Shown one piece after another: positions 38,379 to 47,166 of a stretch of DNA of 64,000 nt. The position numbers were made by a program, and so were the translations under genes. The notes under the pieces were generated by a model. It was not told the DNA's origin. It saw only the letters and a list, made by a program, of their open reading frames with translations, and searched no databases. The stretch comes from Candidatus Latescibacterota bacterium (GTDB lineage Bacteria > Latescibacterota > UBA2968), in assembly GCA_965198115.1 (NCBI GenBank), contig OZ240241.1, forward strand, positions 768,001 through 832,000. Reading direction: 5' to 3'. Position 1 is the first letter of the stretch; each line of letters begins with the position of its first letter.

Positions 38379-39798
38379 GGCTCTATCCGGGTTTCTCAAC
38401 GGTGAAACTATAGAATGACAAGGTCATAGATCGTTCCCTACGCTTGGTTGTGTGTGTAGGACAATCAAAGCGAAGGGGGTGCGACCTATGACCGGGAGCA
38501 GATTACTATCGAAACTGCTGAGATTCAAGGGGTTCCGTGTTGTCAGCTGGTGGTTTGGGGGGAGAAGCTGCTTCGTCATCGCCGTAAAGCCACATAAGAA
38601 TGGTTGTTGTTGTCCGGAGTGCGGCCGTCGAGGTAAAATCGTCCGCACAATGCCCCATCCGCGTCGGTGGCGTGACATTCCGGTGTGCGGGTGGAGGGTC
38701 TGGCTTCTCTACCATCCTCGGGAGATTCGGTGTCCTACCCACGGTCGTGTGGTCGAGGAGATTCCGTGGGCGGAGCGGTTCTCTCGGGTGACGTATCGCT
38801 TCGAGTATGCCATGCTGCGCTACTGCCAGACCATGACGCAGAAGGCGGCGTCCGAGTTACTGCGCATCTCTGCCTCGACGCTGTCGGATCTCCTTCACCG
38901 ATCCATCACGCGGCTTCGTGAAGGTCATCGTATCCGAGGGCTCAAAACCATCGGGATCGACGAGATCTCCTACGCCAAGCGTCACAGGTACGCCACGCTC
39001 GTTTACGATCTGGACCGCTCCTGCGTGGTGTGGGTTGGCCGCGGCAGGGCGCGTAAAACGATCGATCGGTTCTTCACAGAGGCTCTCAGTCCCTACCGGA
39101 GATCCAAGATCGAGTGGGCCTGCTGCGACATGAGCGAAGCTTACATCGGAGCCATCCAGGAACACTGTCCGAATGCCAAGCTGGTCCTCGATCGCTTTCA
39201 CATCGTCAAGGCTCTCAATGCCGCCGTTGACGAGGTCCGTAAGGACCAGTGGCGTAAAGCTGCCCCGGATGAGCGCAAAGCCATGAAGGGCCTCCGATGG
39301 CTCCTCTACCGGCACTCAGCGACACGCTCCAGAGGGGATACTCGGACACTCAAAGCACTGGAGAAGGCGAACTACCGAATCTATAGAGCCTGGAGACTCA
39401 AGGACGAGTTCGAGCAGTTCTGGGAATACAAAGCGCCCTGGGCTGCCGAACGCTTCCTGAAATGCTGGACGACGTCCGCACTCAGAAGTCGACTTGAACC
39501 CCTGCGAAAGTTCGTCAGGACCCTGCGACAGCACTTCTTCGGCGTCCTCGCATTCGTGAACACGCGTCTTACCAACGCCATCGCCGAAGGCCTCAACCGA
39601 ATCGTCCAAATCGTCAAGAACCGAGCCAGCGGATTCCGCACACTCGACGCATTCAACGATATGATCTTCCTTACCGTCGGAGACATAAACATCCCTGAGC
39701 AGATTCCGAAGAGGTTCCGCACACTCTAACCGCGCCCCCATGCCAGGAACCACGGCACCTTCACCCACTTCATCTCGTTGAGAGATCTGGATATAGCC
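38379..39798 (+). mobile_element. ISL3-family insertion sequence, copy 2 (1420 bp)
   Basis: Same IRs as copy 1, with at least 7 substitutions relative to it. Degenerate 8-bp duplication CATAAAAA / CCAAAAAG. Confidence 0.95.
38488..39729 (+). CDS. ISL3-family transposase
   Basis: Differs from copy 1 at two residues (E/G, Q/R). Confidence 0.96.
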   Translation: MTGSRLLSKLLRFKGFRVVSWWFGGRSCFVIAVKPHKNGCCCPECGRRGKIVRTMPHPRRWRDIPVCGWRVWLLYHPREIRCPTHGRVVEEIPWAERFSRVTYRFEYAMLRYCQTMTQKAASELLRISASTLSDLLHRSITRLREGHRIRGLKTIGIDEISYAKRHRYATLVYDLDRSCVVWVGRGRARKTIDRFFTEALSPYRRSKIEWACCDMSEAYIGAIQEHCPNAKLVLDRFHIVKALNAAVDEVRKDQWRKAAPDERKAMKGLRWLLYRHSATRSRGDTRTLKALEKANYRIYRAWRLKDEFEQFWEYKAPWAAERFLKCWTTSALRSRLEPLRKFVRTLRQHFFGVLAFVNTRLTNAIAEGLNRIVQIVKNRASGFRTLDAFNDMIFLTVGDINIPEQIPKRFRTL

Positions 39799-40256
39799 CC
39801 AAAAAGGCTCGATCGTTTGGCCGCCACCGGGTTCAAAACCGAAGAAGCGGAAACTGACGAAGAAGTATCTGAACGAAAAGCAAAAGGCGCTCAGGGGGAC
39901 TGCGTCCCTGGAGACGCTGGAAGATCTGAACAAATGGGTTGCCAGCATGGCAAATGTGGCTCGAGCGGAAGGGATTCTGGAACTGCAGAAGGTCGATTGG
40001 GCGGCGATGGACGAGTTTTCCGCTACCGCGCTCAAGTTGATCGTGGATGGGACCGAGCCCGGGTTGGCGCGCGAGGTGCTGGAGAATCTGGCGGGATCGC
40101 GCCTACGGGAAGAGGAGACTCGATACCGGAAGGTGATCGAAGGGATGATCTCCATTCAGGCGGGTCAGAACCCGAAGTTTATCGAGCACAAGGTTGCTGT
40201 GATCTTCTATTGACGACCTGTGGCTTGACAAGGGTGTTGAAGCAGCAGCGTCTTAC

Positions 40257-41007
40257 TTATCCGACGATGTCGAACTGCCTCGCGACGACCCAGTCGGGTC
40301 TCGGATCGTCGACTTGTTTGGGCTTGTTGTCGATGTCGTTGTAGGCTGCAATGAAGGTGTTTCGCGGGAGCGGCGTTGTGCCCGCTCCCGTGGATCAGGT
40401 TGCAGTCGAAAAACAGGACGTCACCCGGTTCGCCTGTGATGTGGGTGATGTCCTCTTCTCGAATGACGGTTTTCAAGTCGTCCGGAGGGATACACCACTG
40501 TTTGTAGCTGGTGGTGACGGTGTCGGCTTCGTGCTCGATGCGTCCGCCCTTGTGGGACCCCGAGACGACCATGACACAGCCGTTGTTGAGCGTCGCCTCG
40601 TCTATGATGATCATCGCTGACACCAGATTCGGTCCGACCCCGTCCCACATCCAATAGCCGTAGTCCTGGTGCCACAACCAGACCGTACCCTCGAAGGCTT
40701 CCTTCACGTTGAGCTTCGAATGGAAAATGTAGGTATCGTTCCCGATGGCCTGCTTGATCGGCTCCAGAATCTTGGGGTTGCGGATGACCTCGGCGAATGC
40801 CGGGTGATACCGATGGGCGAGGAAGACCTGCCGGACGGCGCCGCCTCGCTCTCGTTCCCGGTGCATTCCGTCTTCTTCGTCCTCCCCGCTTAGCAGAACT
40901 GGAATCCCATCGCGTAGCGACTCGACCTCGGACGTACTCAGAAGACCGCGCGCGAAACGGTATCCGTTCTCACGGAACTCCGCAATTTCTCCCTCGCTCC
41001 ATTTCAT
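40257..41007 (-). pseudogene. PhyH/ectoine-hydroxylase-like dioxygenase, frameshift near 40372
   Basis: HSKLNVK, WHQDYGYW, IHGSGHN. The native tail PLPRNTFIAAYNDIDNKP...RPDWVV...TAA 40257 is in another frame. Confidence 0.82.
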
Positions 41008-41014
41008 TTCTGTT

Positions 41015-41152
41015 TCACCGGGACCTTTCTGCAACGCTCTTCGTCTCTCTGGGTCGATGGTCGATGTGAAAATAACGATTCACTCCGTCCTCCGGATATA
41101 TCGTTTTCTCTCCGTACTGTTCAATCACTGGGCCAACTCTGGAATCGGACAT
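41015..41152 (-). CDS. Small hypothetical protein (45 aa) or gene remnant
   Basis: TGATG coupling to the upstream dehydrogenase stop; MSDSRVGPVIEQYGEKTIYPEDGVNRYFHIDHRPRETKSVAERSR; fills the intergenic gap. Confidence 0.45.
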   Translation of the reverse strand: MSDSRVGPVIEQYGEKTIYPEDGVNRYFHIDHRPRETKSVAERSR

Positions 41153-42120
41153 CAGAGGCCGTCCACCCGCGCCAGGGGCCGCTCGCCGCGGTCGACGCGG
41201 TCGATGTTTTCGTAGACGAAACGGCCCCGGCGGGTCCACGTGTCTCGTGTGATGCCCGCGGTGTGGGGGGTGAGAAGGACGTTGGGTAGACGCAGCAGGG
41301 GATTGTCCAGATCGGGGGGTTCCTTCGCGAAGACATCGAGACCTGCGAACGCGATGCTGCCCGACGAAAGGGCGTCCGCAAGTGCTGGCTCCTCGATCAC
41401 CCCGCCGCGACAGGTGTTGATGAGGACCGCGGACGGCTTCATGAGCGAAAGGGCGTGAGCATCGATCGTGTTGCGCGTCGAGTCGTTGATGGGAACGTGC
41501 AGCGTGACGATGTCGGCTTGCTCGAGCAGGGCCTCCCGTTTCACGTAGCTGACCCCGAGGTCCTTCTCGACGGCGGTGTCCACACGCACGGGATCATTGT
41601 AGATCGTGCGCGGCCCGAACGGGCTTAGCCGCTCGGCCACCTGCCTTCCGATATGACCGAGTCCGATGATGCCGACTGTCTTATTGTGAATCGTGTAGGT
41701 GCATTCGCCGGTGGGCATTCTGCTCCAGTCACCGGATCGTACGTCCGCGTCCAGTTCGGTCAGACGTCGGTAAACGCCGAGGATGAGGGCGAGCGTGTGT
41801 TCGGCGACGTCGATCGAGTTCGTACCGCCGTTGTTGGCGACCGGAATCCCGAGAGATGCACAGAGACCGAAGTTGATGTGCTCGAAACCCGCACTGACGA
41901 GATGAAGCAGCTTGACGTTCGCGGCGGCACGAAGGATTTCATCGTCGACGCGGTTCGGTCGAAAGAGGATCAGGTGTTCCGCGTCTCTGACGTGGTCGAT
42001 CTGCTGAGAGACCGGCGTGTCGTGGCGAACCACGACGGTTTCGATGTGGGAGGGCGACTGACCGACGAACTCGTCGGCAAGATCGGGCTCCAGCCCGGTG
42101 ATGAAGACGGCCTTCGACAT
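41152..42120 (-). CDS. D-isomer-specific 2-hydroxyacid dehydrogenase
   Basis: VAEHT, GIIGLGHIG, LHVP, INTCRG, GLDVF..EP, TPHTAG. Confidence 0.94.
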   Translation of the reverse strand: MSKAVFITGLEPDLADEFVGQSPSHIETVVVRHDTPVSQQIDHVRDAEHLILFRPNRVDDEILRAAANVKLLHLVSAGFEHINFGLCASLGIPVANNGGTNSIDVAEHTLALILGVYRRLTELDADVRSGDWSRMPTGECTYTIHNKTVGIIGLGHIGRQVAERLSPFGPRTIYNDPVRVDTAVEKDLGVSYVKREALLEQADIVTLHVPINDSTRNTIDAHALSLMKPSAVLINTCRGGVIEEPALADALSSGSIAFAGLDVFAKEPPDLDNPLLRLPNVLLTPHTAGITRDTWTRRGRFVYENIDRVDRGERPLARVDGL

Positions 42121-42290
42121 TCGAGAATCTCCGTGTGGGACGATGTGAGGGGTATACGTAATCGCTGAAGCCGTGATGGGGCAAGACCTTACGCACGGCC
42201 TCGGTTATTGCGTCACGGGTCGGGCGGGCACATGTTGGCCACGTCCAGGACAGTGGGATACCGACCAGGAGTAGCACGGAGGGAGACGGT

Positions 42291-43559
42291 GTGAGCAGAT
42301 ACGATCTCATCCTCAAGGGCGGGCGCGTGATCGACCCGGCCAACGACATCGACCAGGTCGCCGATGTGGCGATCAAAGATGGCAAGATCGCTCGCGTCGG
42401 TGAGTCGATCCCCGGGGGGAACGGTTGTGTCGATGTCACGGGTTTCCTCGTGACCCCGGGTCTGATCGACATCCACGTCCACGCCTACACGGACCGCGCC
42501 AATGCGGCGCCGGGTTTTTTCGTGGCGAGTCTGAACGCAGACGCCCATTTCCTGAATTCGGGTGTTACGACGTGTGTGGACACGGGAACCGCAGGCGCTC
42601 AGGAGATCGATCACTTTCGGGAGAGCGTGATCGAAAAGGCGACGACCCGGATTCTTGCATATGTGAACATCTCATCGCCCGGCATGGGAGCTCCCGAGCA
42701 GACAATTTCGAACTTCGACGTCGACGCGGCGGCAAGCGCGGCGGATCGAAACCGTGAGGTCGTGGTCGGCCTCAAGACGGCCCACTACTGGACGAGCAAA
42801 CCTTTTGACGACGATCATCCACCGTGGGAATCGGTCGAGCGCGCGGTCGATGCCGGAAAGGCGTGCGAGATGCCCGTGATGGTCGACTTCTGGCCCCGTC
42901 CACCCGAGCGACCCTACCCGACTCTGATTCTCGAGAAGCTGAGACCCGGTGACATCCACACACACGTTTTTGCGCGACAGTTTCCTGTGATCGACGAAGC
43001 CGGCAAGGTGCAACTGTATATGAGGGAAGCGCGCGAGCGTGGTATCTGGTTCGACCTCGGTCACGGTGCGGCGAGTTTCTGGTATCGGAACGCGGGCCGA
43101 GCCATCGCAGACGACTTCGTGCCTGATTCGATCAGTACGGACCTGCACATGGGTAACATTCGGGGGCCTGTGATCAGCATGCTCGACACGATGTCGAAGT
43201 GCGTGGGAATGGGCATGAGCCTTTCCGATGTGATCTACCGATCCACGGTGACACCGGCGAAAGCGATCGACCGCCCGGAGTTGGGGACTCTGAGCGAGGG
43301 AGTGGAGGCCGATGTGGCCGTGCTGGAGCTTCAGAATGGCGCGTTTTCGTTTCAGGACTGCGGTTACACACGGATCGACGTCGCGGAGAAACTGGATTGC
43401 GTGATGACGTTGCGGGCGGGCAAAATCGAGTTCGAACGGGACGGCCTGACGGTGCCGGGGTGGCAGGATGCACCGGAGAGCTACTGGCCGGTCACGGAAG
43501 TCGGCGTGCCCATCGAGCGGTTCTGGCGTGACAGTGAAGTGGAGGGGCTTTCGAGTTGA
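42291..43559 (+). CDS. Amidohydrolase/deacetylase family metallohydrolase (dihydroorotase-like)
   Basis: PGLIDIHVH, GVTTCVDTG, LRPGDIHTH, FDLGHG, ISTDLH. Confidence 0.9.
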   Translation: MSRYDLILKGGRVIDPANDIDQVADVAIKDGKIARVGESIPGGNGCVDVTGFLVTPGLIDIHVHAYTDRANAAPGFFVASLNADAHFLNSGVTTCVDTGTAGAQEIDHFRESVIEKATTRILAYVNISSPGMGAPEQTISNFDVDAAASAADRNREVVVGLKTAHYWTSKPFDDDHPPWESVERAVDAGKACEMPVMVDFWPRPPERPYPTLILEKLRPGDIHTHVFARQFPVIDEAGKVQLYMREARERGIWFDLGHGAASFWYRNAGRAIADDFVPDSISTDLHMGNIRGPVISMLDTMSKCVGMGMSLSDVIYRSTVTPAKAIDRPELGTLSEGVEADVAVLELQNGAFSFQDCGYTRIDVAEKLDCVMTLRAGKIEFERDGLTVPGWQDAPESYWPVTEVGVPIERFWRDSEVEGLSS

Positions 43560-43658
43560 CAGCAGGTGGGTAAGGAGGCGTGTCGGTCTGGAGCCACCTA
43601 GAGATGCCCATTCAAATGCCTGGGTGATGTGTGGTTACGCCAGCCAGGCGAGTAGAGG

Positions 43659-43696
43659 AAGGCCGGCCATCGGAGGACAGATGGCCGGCCTTTTCT
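43659..43696. terminator. Intrinsic terminator between convergent genes
   Basis: AAGGCCGGCCATC-GGAGGACA-GATGGCCGGCCTT-TTCT (13-bp stem). Confidence 0.75.
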
Positions 43697-43708
43697 GTCG
43701 GACGCGGG

Positions 43709-45055
43709 TCAGAGCGTACGATGCTTCCAATGGCCCTGGGCGAATTTTCGCACTGTGAGAAAGCCCTGCATCGCGCTGAAAATGACGAGGGCGAGCCAGA
43801 TGCCGTCGGTGTCCCAACCGAGGGTGAATGCAAGCAGGTAGGCCACTGGGAGTTGGACGAGCCACTGAGAGACGATGGTGTAGATCAGTGGGGAAATCGT
43901 ATCGCCGGCGGCCCGGAGGGTTCCCTGGCTGGCGATGGCTGAACACATGAACGGTTCGGCCGCCGCTAGGGCGTAGAGGTAGGGAATACCGACGGCGATG
44001 ACGGCTGCTTCATCCGTGAAGATGCCCATGAAGACATCGGCCAGGAAGACGAAAGGGAGGCCCAGGAGGGTCAGGATTCCGACGGAGAGGGCCAACGTGG
44101 TCCAGCCTCTTGCATCGGCTGCATCGAGGTCTTTCGCGCCGAGGCTGCGGCCGACCACGGACGTCGTGGTCGTCCCGAACGATAGCGACGTCCGGCGCAC
44201 CGTGTGTCCCATCTGTCTTCCGATGGAGTAGGCGGTGAGTGCAACGGTCGGATTGGCGGTCATCGCGACGAGTTTCATGTAGAGGACGTTGGAACCATTG
44301 CGAAATAGTCCCTGCAGCGCGGAAGGGATACCGATCCGCAGGATTCGGCGTGAACGGTCCCACTCGGGGAAGTATGACGTGCCTGGAAGGAAGGCAAATC
44401 CGAACCGCCCAGAGTAGAGGACGGCGAATCGTATGGCGTTGCTGAAAACACCGCGCACGAGATTTCCAACGGCAGCACCGGTGACTCCCATCTCCGGCAA
44501 CCCCCAGACACCGTAGATGAAGGCGTATGCCGAGGCGAGATGGACCACGTTGGAGACGAGCGTGATGTAAAAGAGGGTCCGTGTATCTCCCGCTGCGTAG
44601 AGGCACGAGTCCAGGGTCCTGTCGAGGGCCATCAGCGGCAGGCTGGCGTAGATGACTTGGAGGTAGGGCGCCGCCAGCAGGCTGACCGAATCGGGGATGC
44701 TCAGCGACCTGAGGGCAACGTCCGTCGTAAGGATGCCGAACGCGCTGATAGCCGAACTGATGAGAACCACGAGCGTGACCGATTGCTTTGCGGTCTTGCT
44801 CGCGTCGGTCAGATCCTTCGCCCCGACGGACTGTGCGACCATGGCCATCGTGCCTGTGGCGACGGCGATCATTGTGATGCCGAGGACGAACAGGATGGTG
44901 CGCGCGATACCCACAGCCGAAATCGCCTCTGACCCGAGGGAGCGGACCATGAAGATCTCGGCGAATCCAACGAGGTTCTCTACCTGCGTAGCCAGGGTGA
45001 GGGGCAGTGTCAGCCCGAGGAACGAGCGGGTGATGGAGAAGTCGAATCGGGTCAT
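43709..45055 (-). CDS. MATE family efflux transporter
   Basis: About 12 TM; AAGDT in both halves, GVTGAA, RIGIPSAL; ATG 45055 preferred as start. Confidence 0.92.
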   Translation of the reverse strand: MTRFDFSITRSFLGLTLPLTLATQVENLVGFAEIFMVRSLGSEAISAVGIARTILFVLGITMIAVATGTMAMVAQSVGAKDLTDASKTAKQSVTLVVLISSAISAFGILTTDVALRSLSIPDSVSLLAAPYLQVIYASLPLMALDRTLDSCLYAAGDTRTLFYITLVSNVVHLASAYAFIYGVWGLPEMGVTGAAVGNLVRGVFSNAIRFAVLYSGRFGFAFLPGTSYFPEWDRSRRILRIGIPSALQGLFRNGSNVLYMKLVAMTANPTVALTAYSIGRQMGHTVRRTSLSFGTTTTSVVGRSLGAKDLDAADARGWTTLALSVGILTLLGLPFVFLADVFMGIFTDEAAVIAVGIPYLYALAAAEPFMCSAIASQGTLRAAGDTISPLIYTIVSQWLVQLPVAYLLAFTLGWDTDGIWLALVIFSAMQGFLTVRKFAQGHWKHRTL

Positions 45056-45079
45056 TGTTTGAGCTTGGGTTTCCCGTTG

Positions 45080-45128
45080 CGTCCCCGTGCAGAGCCCTTC
45101 GACTGGGCTCAGGACAGGCACGGGGACG
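45080..45128. repeat. REP-like repeat nested in an 11-bp inverted repeat
   Basis: CGTCCCCGTGC...CCCTTCGACTGGGCTCAGGACAG...GCACGGGGACG. Confidence 0.65.
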
Positions 45129-45214
45129 AGCGCACCTCTTTGATTCCTAAAAGTCGAAAAGGGTGCGTTACGCTCGCCCCTGGGCTCCGCCCGGGGGCTC
45201 TGTTCGGATCTGCT

Positions 45215-45961
45215 TCACTCGGGAAGATCCGGTTCGCTCATGATGAGGTCAGCGATCTGGTCTTCCGTGACGTTTTCCCGGTTGTGCTCCGCCAGCTTTC
45301 TTCCCTGAGACAATACCACCAGCCGATCGGCCACTTGAAACACGTGGTGAAGGTTGTGGGTAATGAAGACGACGCAGAGACCCCGATTACGGGCGGCGCG
45401 TATGTAGCCGAGCACCTTGCGCGTTTCGCCGATCGAGAGGGCGGAGGTGGGCTCGTCGAGGATGAGGATCTTTGTCCCGAAGTGGACGGCGCGTCCGATG
45501 GCGATCGATTGACGTTCTCCGCCGGACAGTGAGGCCACGGGCTCGTCGGCGCTACGGATACGGATGCCGATGTCGGCGAGCGCGGTCGTGGCGAGTGCAC
45601 TCATGCGGGTGTGGTCGAGGGTCCGGATCGGTCCGACATAGCGTGTGAGCTCCCGTCCGAGATAGAAGTTTCGGGCAATGCTCATCCTGGGAACGAGAGC
45701 CAGGTCCTGATACAGCGTCTCGATTCCGAGGCGACGTGCCGCCTGCGGCGTTTTGACGTCGACGCGCCGCCCCTCGAACTCGACGTGACCGGAGGTCGGC
45801 TCGTGGACCCCCGAGAGGATCTTGATTAGCGTCGACTTTCCCGCACCGTTGTCGCCGAGCAGGGCCACGACTTCGCCCGGGTCAAGATCGAGATCGACGT
45901 CGGAGAGGGCGGTGATGTGGCCGAACCGTCGTCCCACCTTGACCAGACCGATCAACGACAT
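45215..45961 (-). CDS. Sugar ABC transporter ATP-binding protein (single domain)
   Basis: GDNGAGKST, LSGGERQ, ILDEPT, ITH. Confidence 0.95.
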   Translation of the reverse strand: MSLIGLVKVGRRFGHITALSDVDLDLDPGEVVALLGDNGAGKSTLIKILSGVHEPTSGHVEFEGRRVDVKTPQAARRLGIETLYQDLALVPRMSIARNFYLGRELTRYVGPIRTLDHTRMSALATTALADIGIRIRSADEPVASLSGGERQSIAIGRAVHFGTKILILDEPTSALSIGETRKVLGYIRAARNRGLCVVFITHNLHHVFQVADRLVVLSQGRKLAEHNRENVTEDQIADLIMSEPDLPE

Positions 45962-47163
45962 CAGCGGTCCCTCCGCACGCAGGTGTTGATGACGACAGCC
46001 GCGATCATGATTGCCCCGATGGCGCCGCGGAAGACGTTGGAAGGCACGTTGATCAGGACGAGTCCCGTTCGGAGCATACCCGTCAGCGCCGTTCCGATTG
46101 CAGATCCTACGATACTGCCGAATCCTCCCGTCAATAGGGTGCCGCCGATGACGACGGATGCGATGATTTCGAGTTCGAGACCGTCGCCGCGCAGCGGATC
46201 CACACTCTTGAGACGTGCGACCTGAACGATCCCCGCCAGTGCCGCCAGTCCACCGGACAGCACGAAGTTTACGATACGCACGCGATCGATGTCGATCCCC
46301 TGGACGCGGGCCGCCTCAGCGTTGCCTCCGGTCGCGAAGACGGCGTTGCCATAGCGTGTGTGTAGCAGGATGAACGCGAAGATCCCCGTCAATCCGAGCC
46401 ACCAGAAGATCGATGTGCGGTAGTTCGCGGAGGATGCACCGAATTCATTGCGTCCGTTGAGTATCTGAAAGGCGTCAACTTCGACCGTGGAAAACGGCGA
46501 GAGCCCATAGGCATCGAGAGATCGGTATAGCACGTAAAGTCCGGCGACGCACGCGATCGATGCCGCGGAAAACGCCCCGCGGGACGAGGATCGGTTGCGC
46601 AACGTGGGGAGAGCCATCCAGACGACCGTCAGGCAGATCGCGCAAGCCCCGAGGAGGATCAGAATGGCAGGGACGTCGAGTGTCGGGTTCTGACGTGAGT
46701 GGTCGGCGTATCGGACGATGCGCCCACCCGACACGACGGTCAGCGGGATGGCTCGATAGACGAGCATCGTGCCGAGGGTGACGATGAAAGACGGGATACG
46801 GGTCCAAGCGAGGAGGAGGCCGTTGAACAGGCCGAGCACACAGCCCGCTGCGATCCCGAATGATCCGGCCAGAAGAATCGGGCTACCGCCGACGGCCGAA
46901 CCGAGAAAGACGAGAGAAGACACGCCGAGAATCGAGCCGACGGACAGGTCGAACTCGCCCGAAATCATGAGCAACGTGATTCCGATGGCGGCGATACCCG
47001 GAACGGCCTGGCTGCTCAAAATGGAGGAGAAGGATGCGTGCGTCAGGAACGTGTCGGGGGTTGCGAGGGCGAAGAACAGGAAGACGACCAGGAATCCGAC
47101 GAGGGCGCCGGCTGCGGGTTCACGGGATAGAGTGCGACGCAGGTCTGGGAGCAGGACGGACAA
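45961..47163 (-). CDS. Sugar ABC transporter permease (BPD_transp_2)
   Basis: GEFDLSVGS, IPSFIVTLG, GGNAEAARVQGI, ELEIIASVVIGGT. Confidence 0.93.
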   Translation of the reverse strand: MSVLLPDLRRTLSREPAAGALVGFLVVFLFFALATPDTFLTHASFSSILSSQAVPGIAAIGITLLMISGEFDLSVGSILGVSSLVFLGSAVGGSPILLAGSFGIAAGCVLGLFNGLLLAWTRIPSFIVTLGTMLVYRAIPLTVVSGGRIVRYADHSRQNPTLDVPAILILLGACAICLTVVWMALPTLRNRSSSRGAFSAASIACVAGLYVLYRSLDAYGLSPFSTVEVDAFQILNGRNEFGASSANYRTSIFWWLGLTGIFAFILLHTRYGNAVFATGGNAEAARVQGIDIDRVRIVNFVLSGGLAALAGIVQVARLKSVDPLRGDGLELEIIASVVIGGTLLTGGFGSIVGSAIGTALTGMLRTGLVLINVPSNVFRGAIGAIMIAAVVINTCVRRDR

Positions 47164-47166
47164 TGA

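Larger units (their letters stand above)
38117..40213 (+). pseudogene. FliG C-terminal domain / MotA cytoplasmic domain fusion protein (about 222 aa) split by ISL3
   Basis: AAGGAG RBS + ATG 38117. FGDIEHLTDRETQIWLR...AMKGA...KILKNVSQRVAVLLEDE (FliG_C) lies before the IS. GSIVWPP...ARAEGILEL...ALKLIVDGTEP...EVLE...IEGMISIQAGQNPKFIEHKV (MotA-like) lies after it. Removing the IS plus 8 bp restores the frame. Confidence 0.82.

Noticed and set aside
14572-39798. Composite transposon formed by the two directly repeated ISL3 copies around 22 kb of catabolic genes
   Set aside because: Each copy interrupts its own gene, and each gene can be rebuilt across its single IS, so they are independent insertions.
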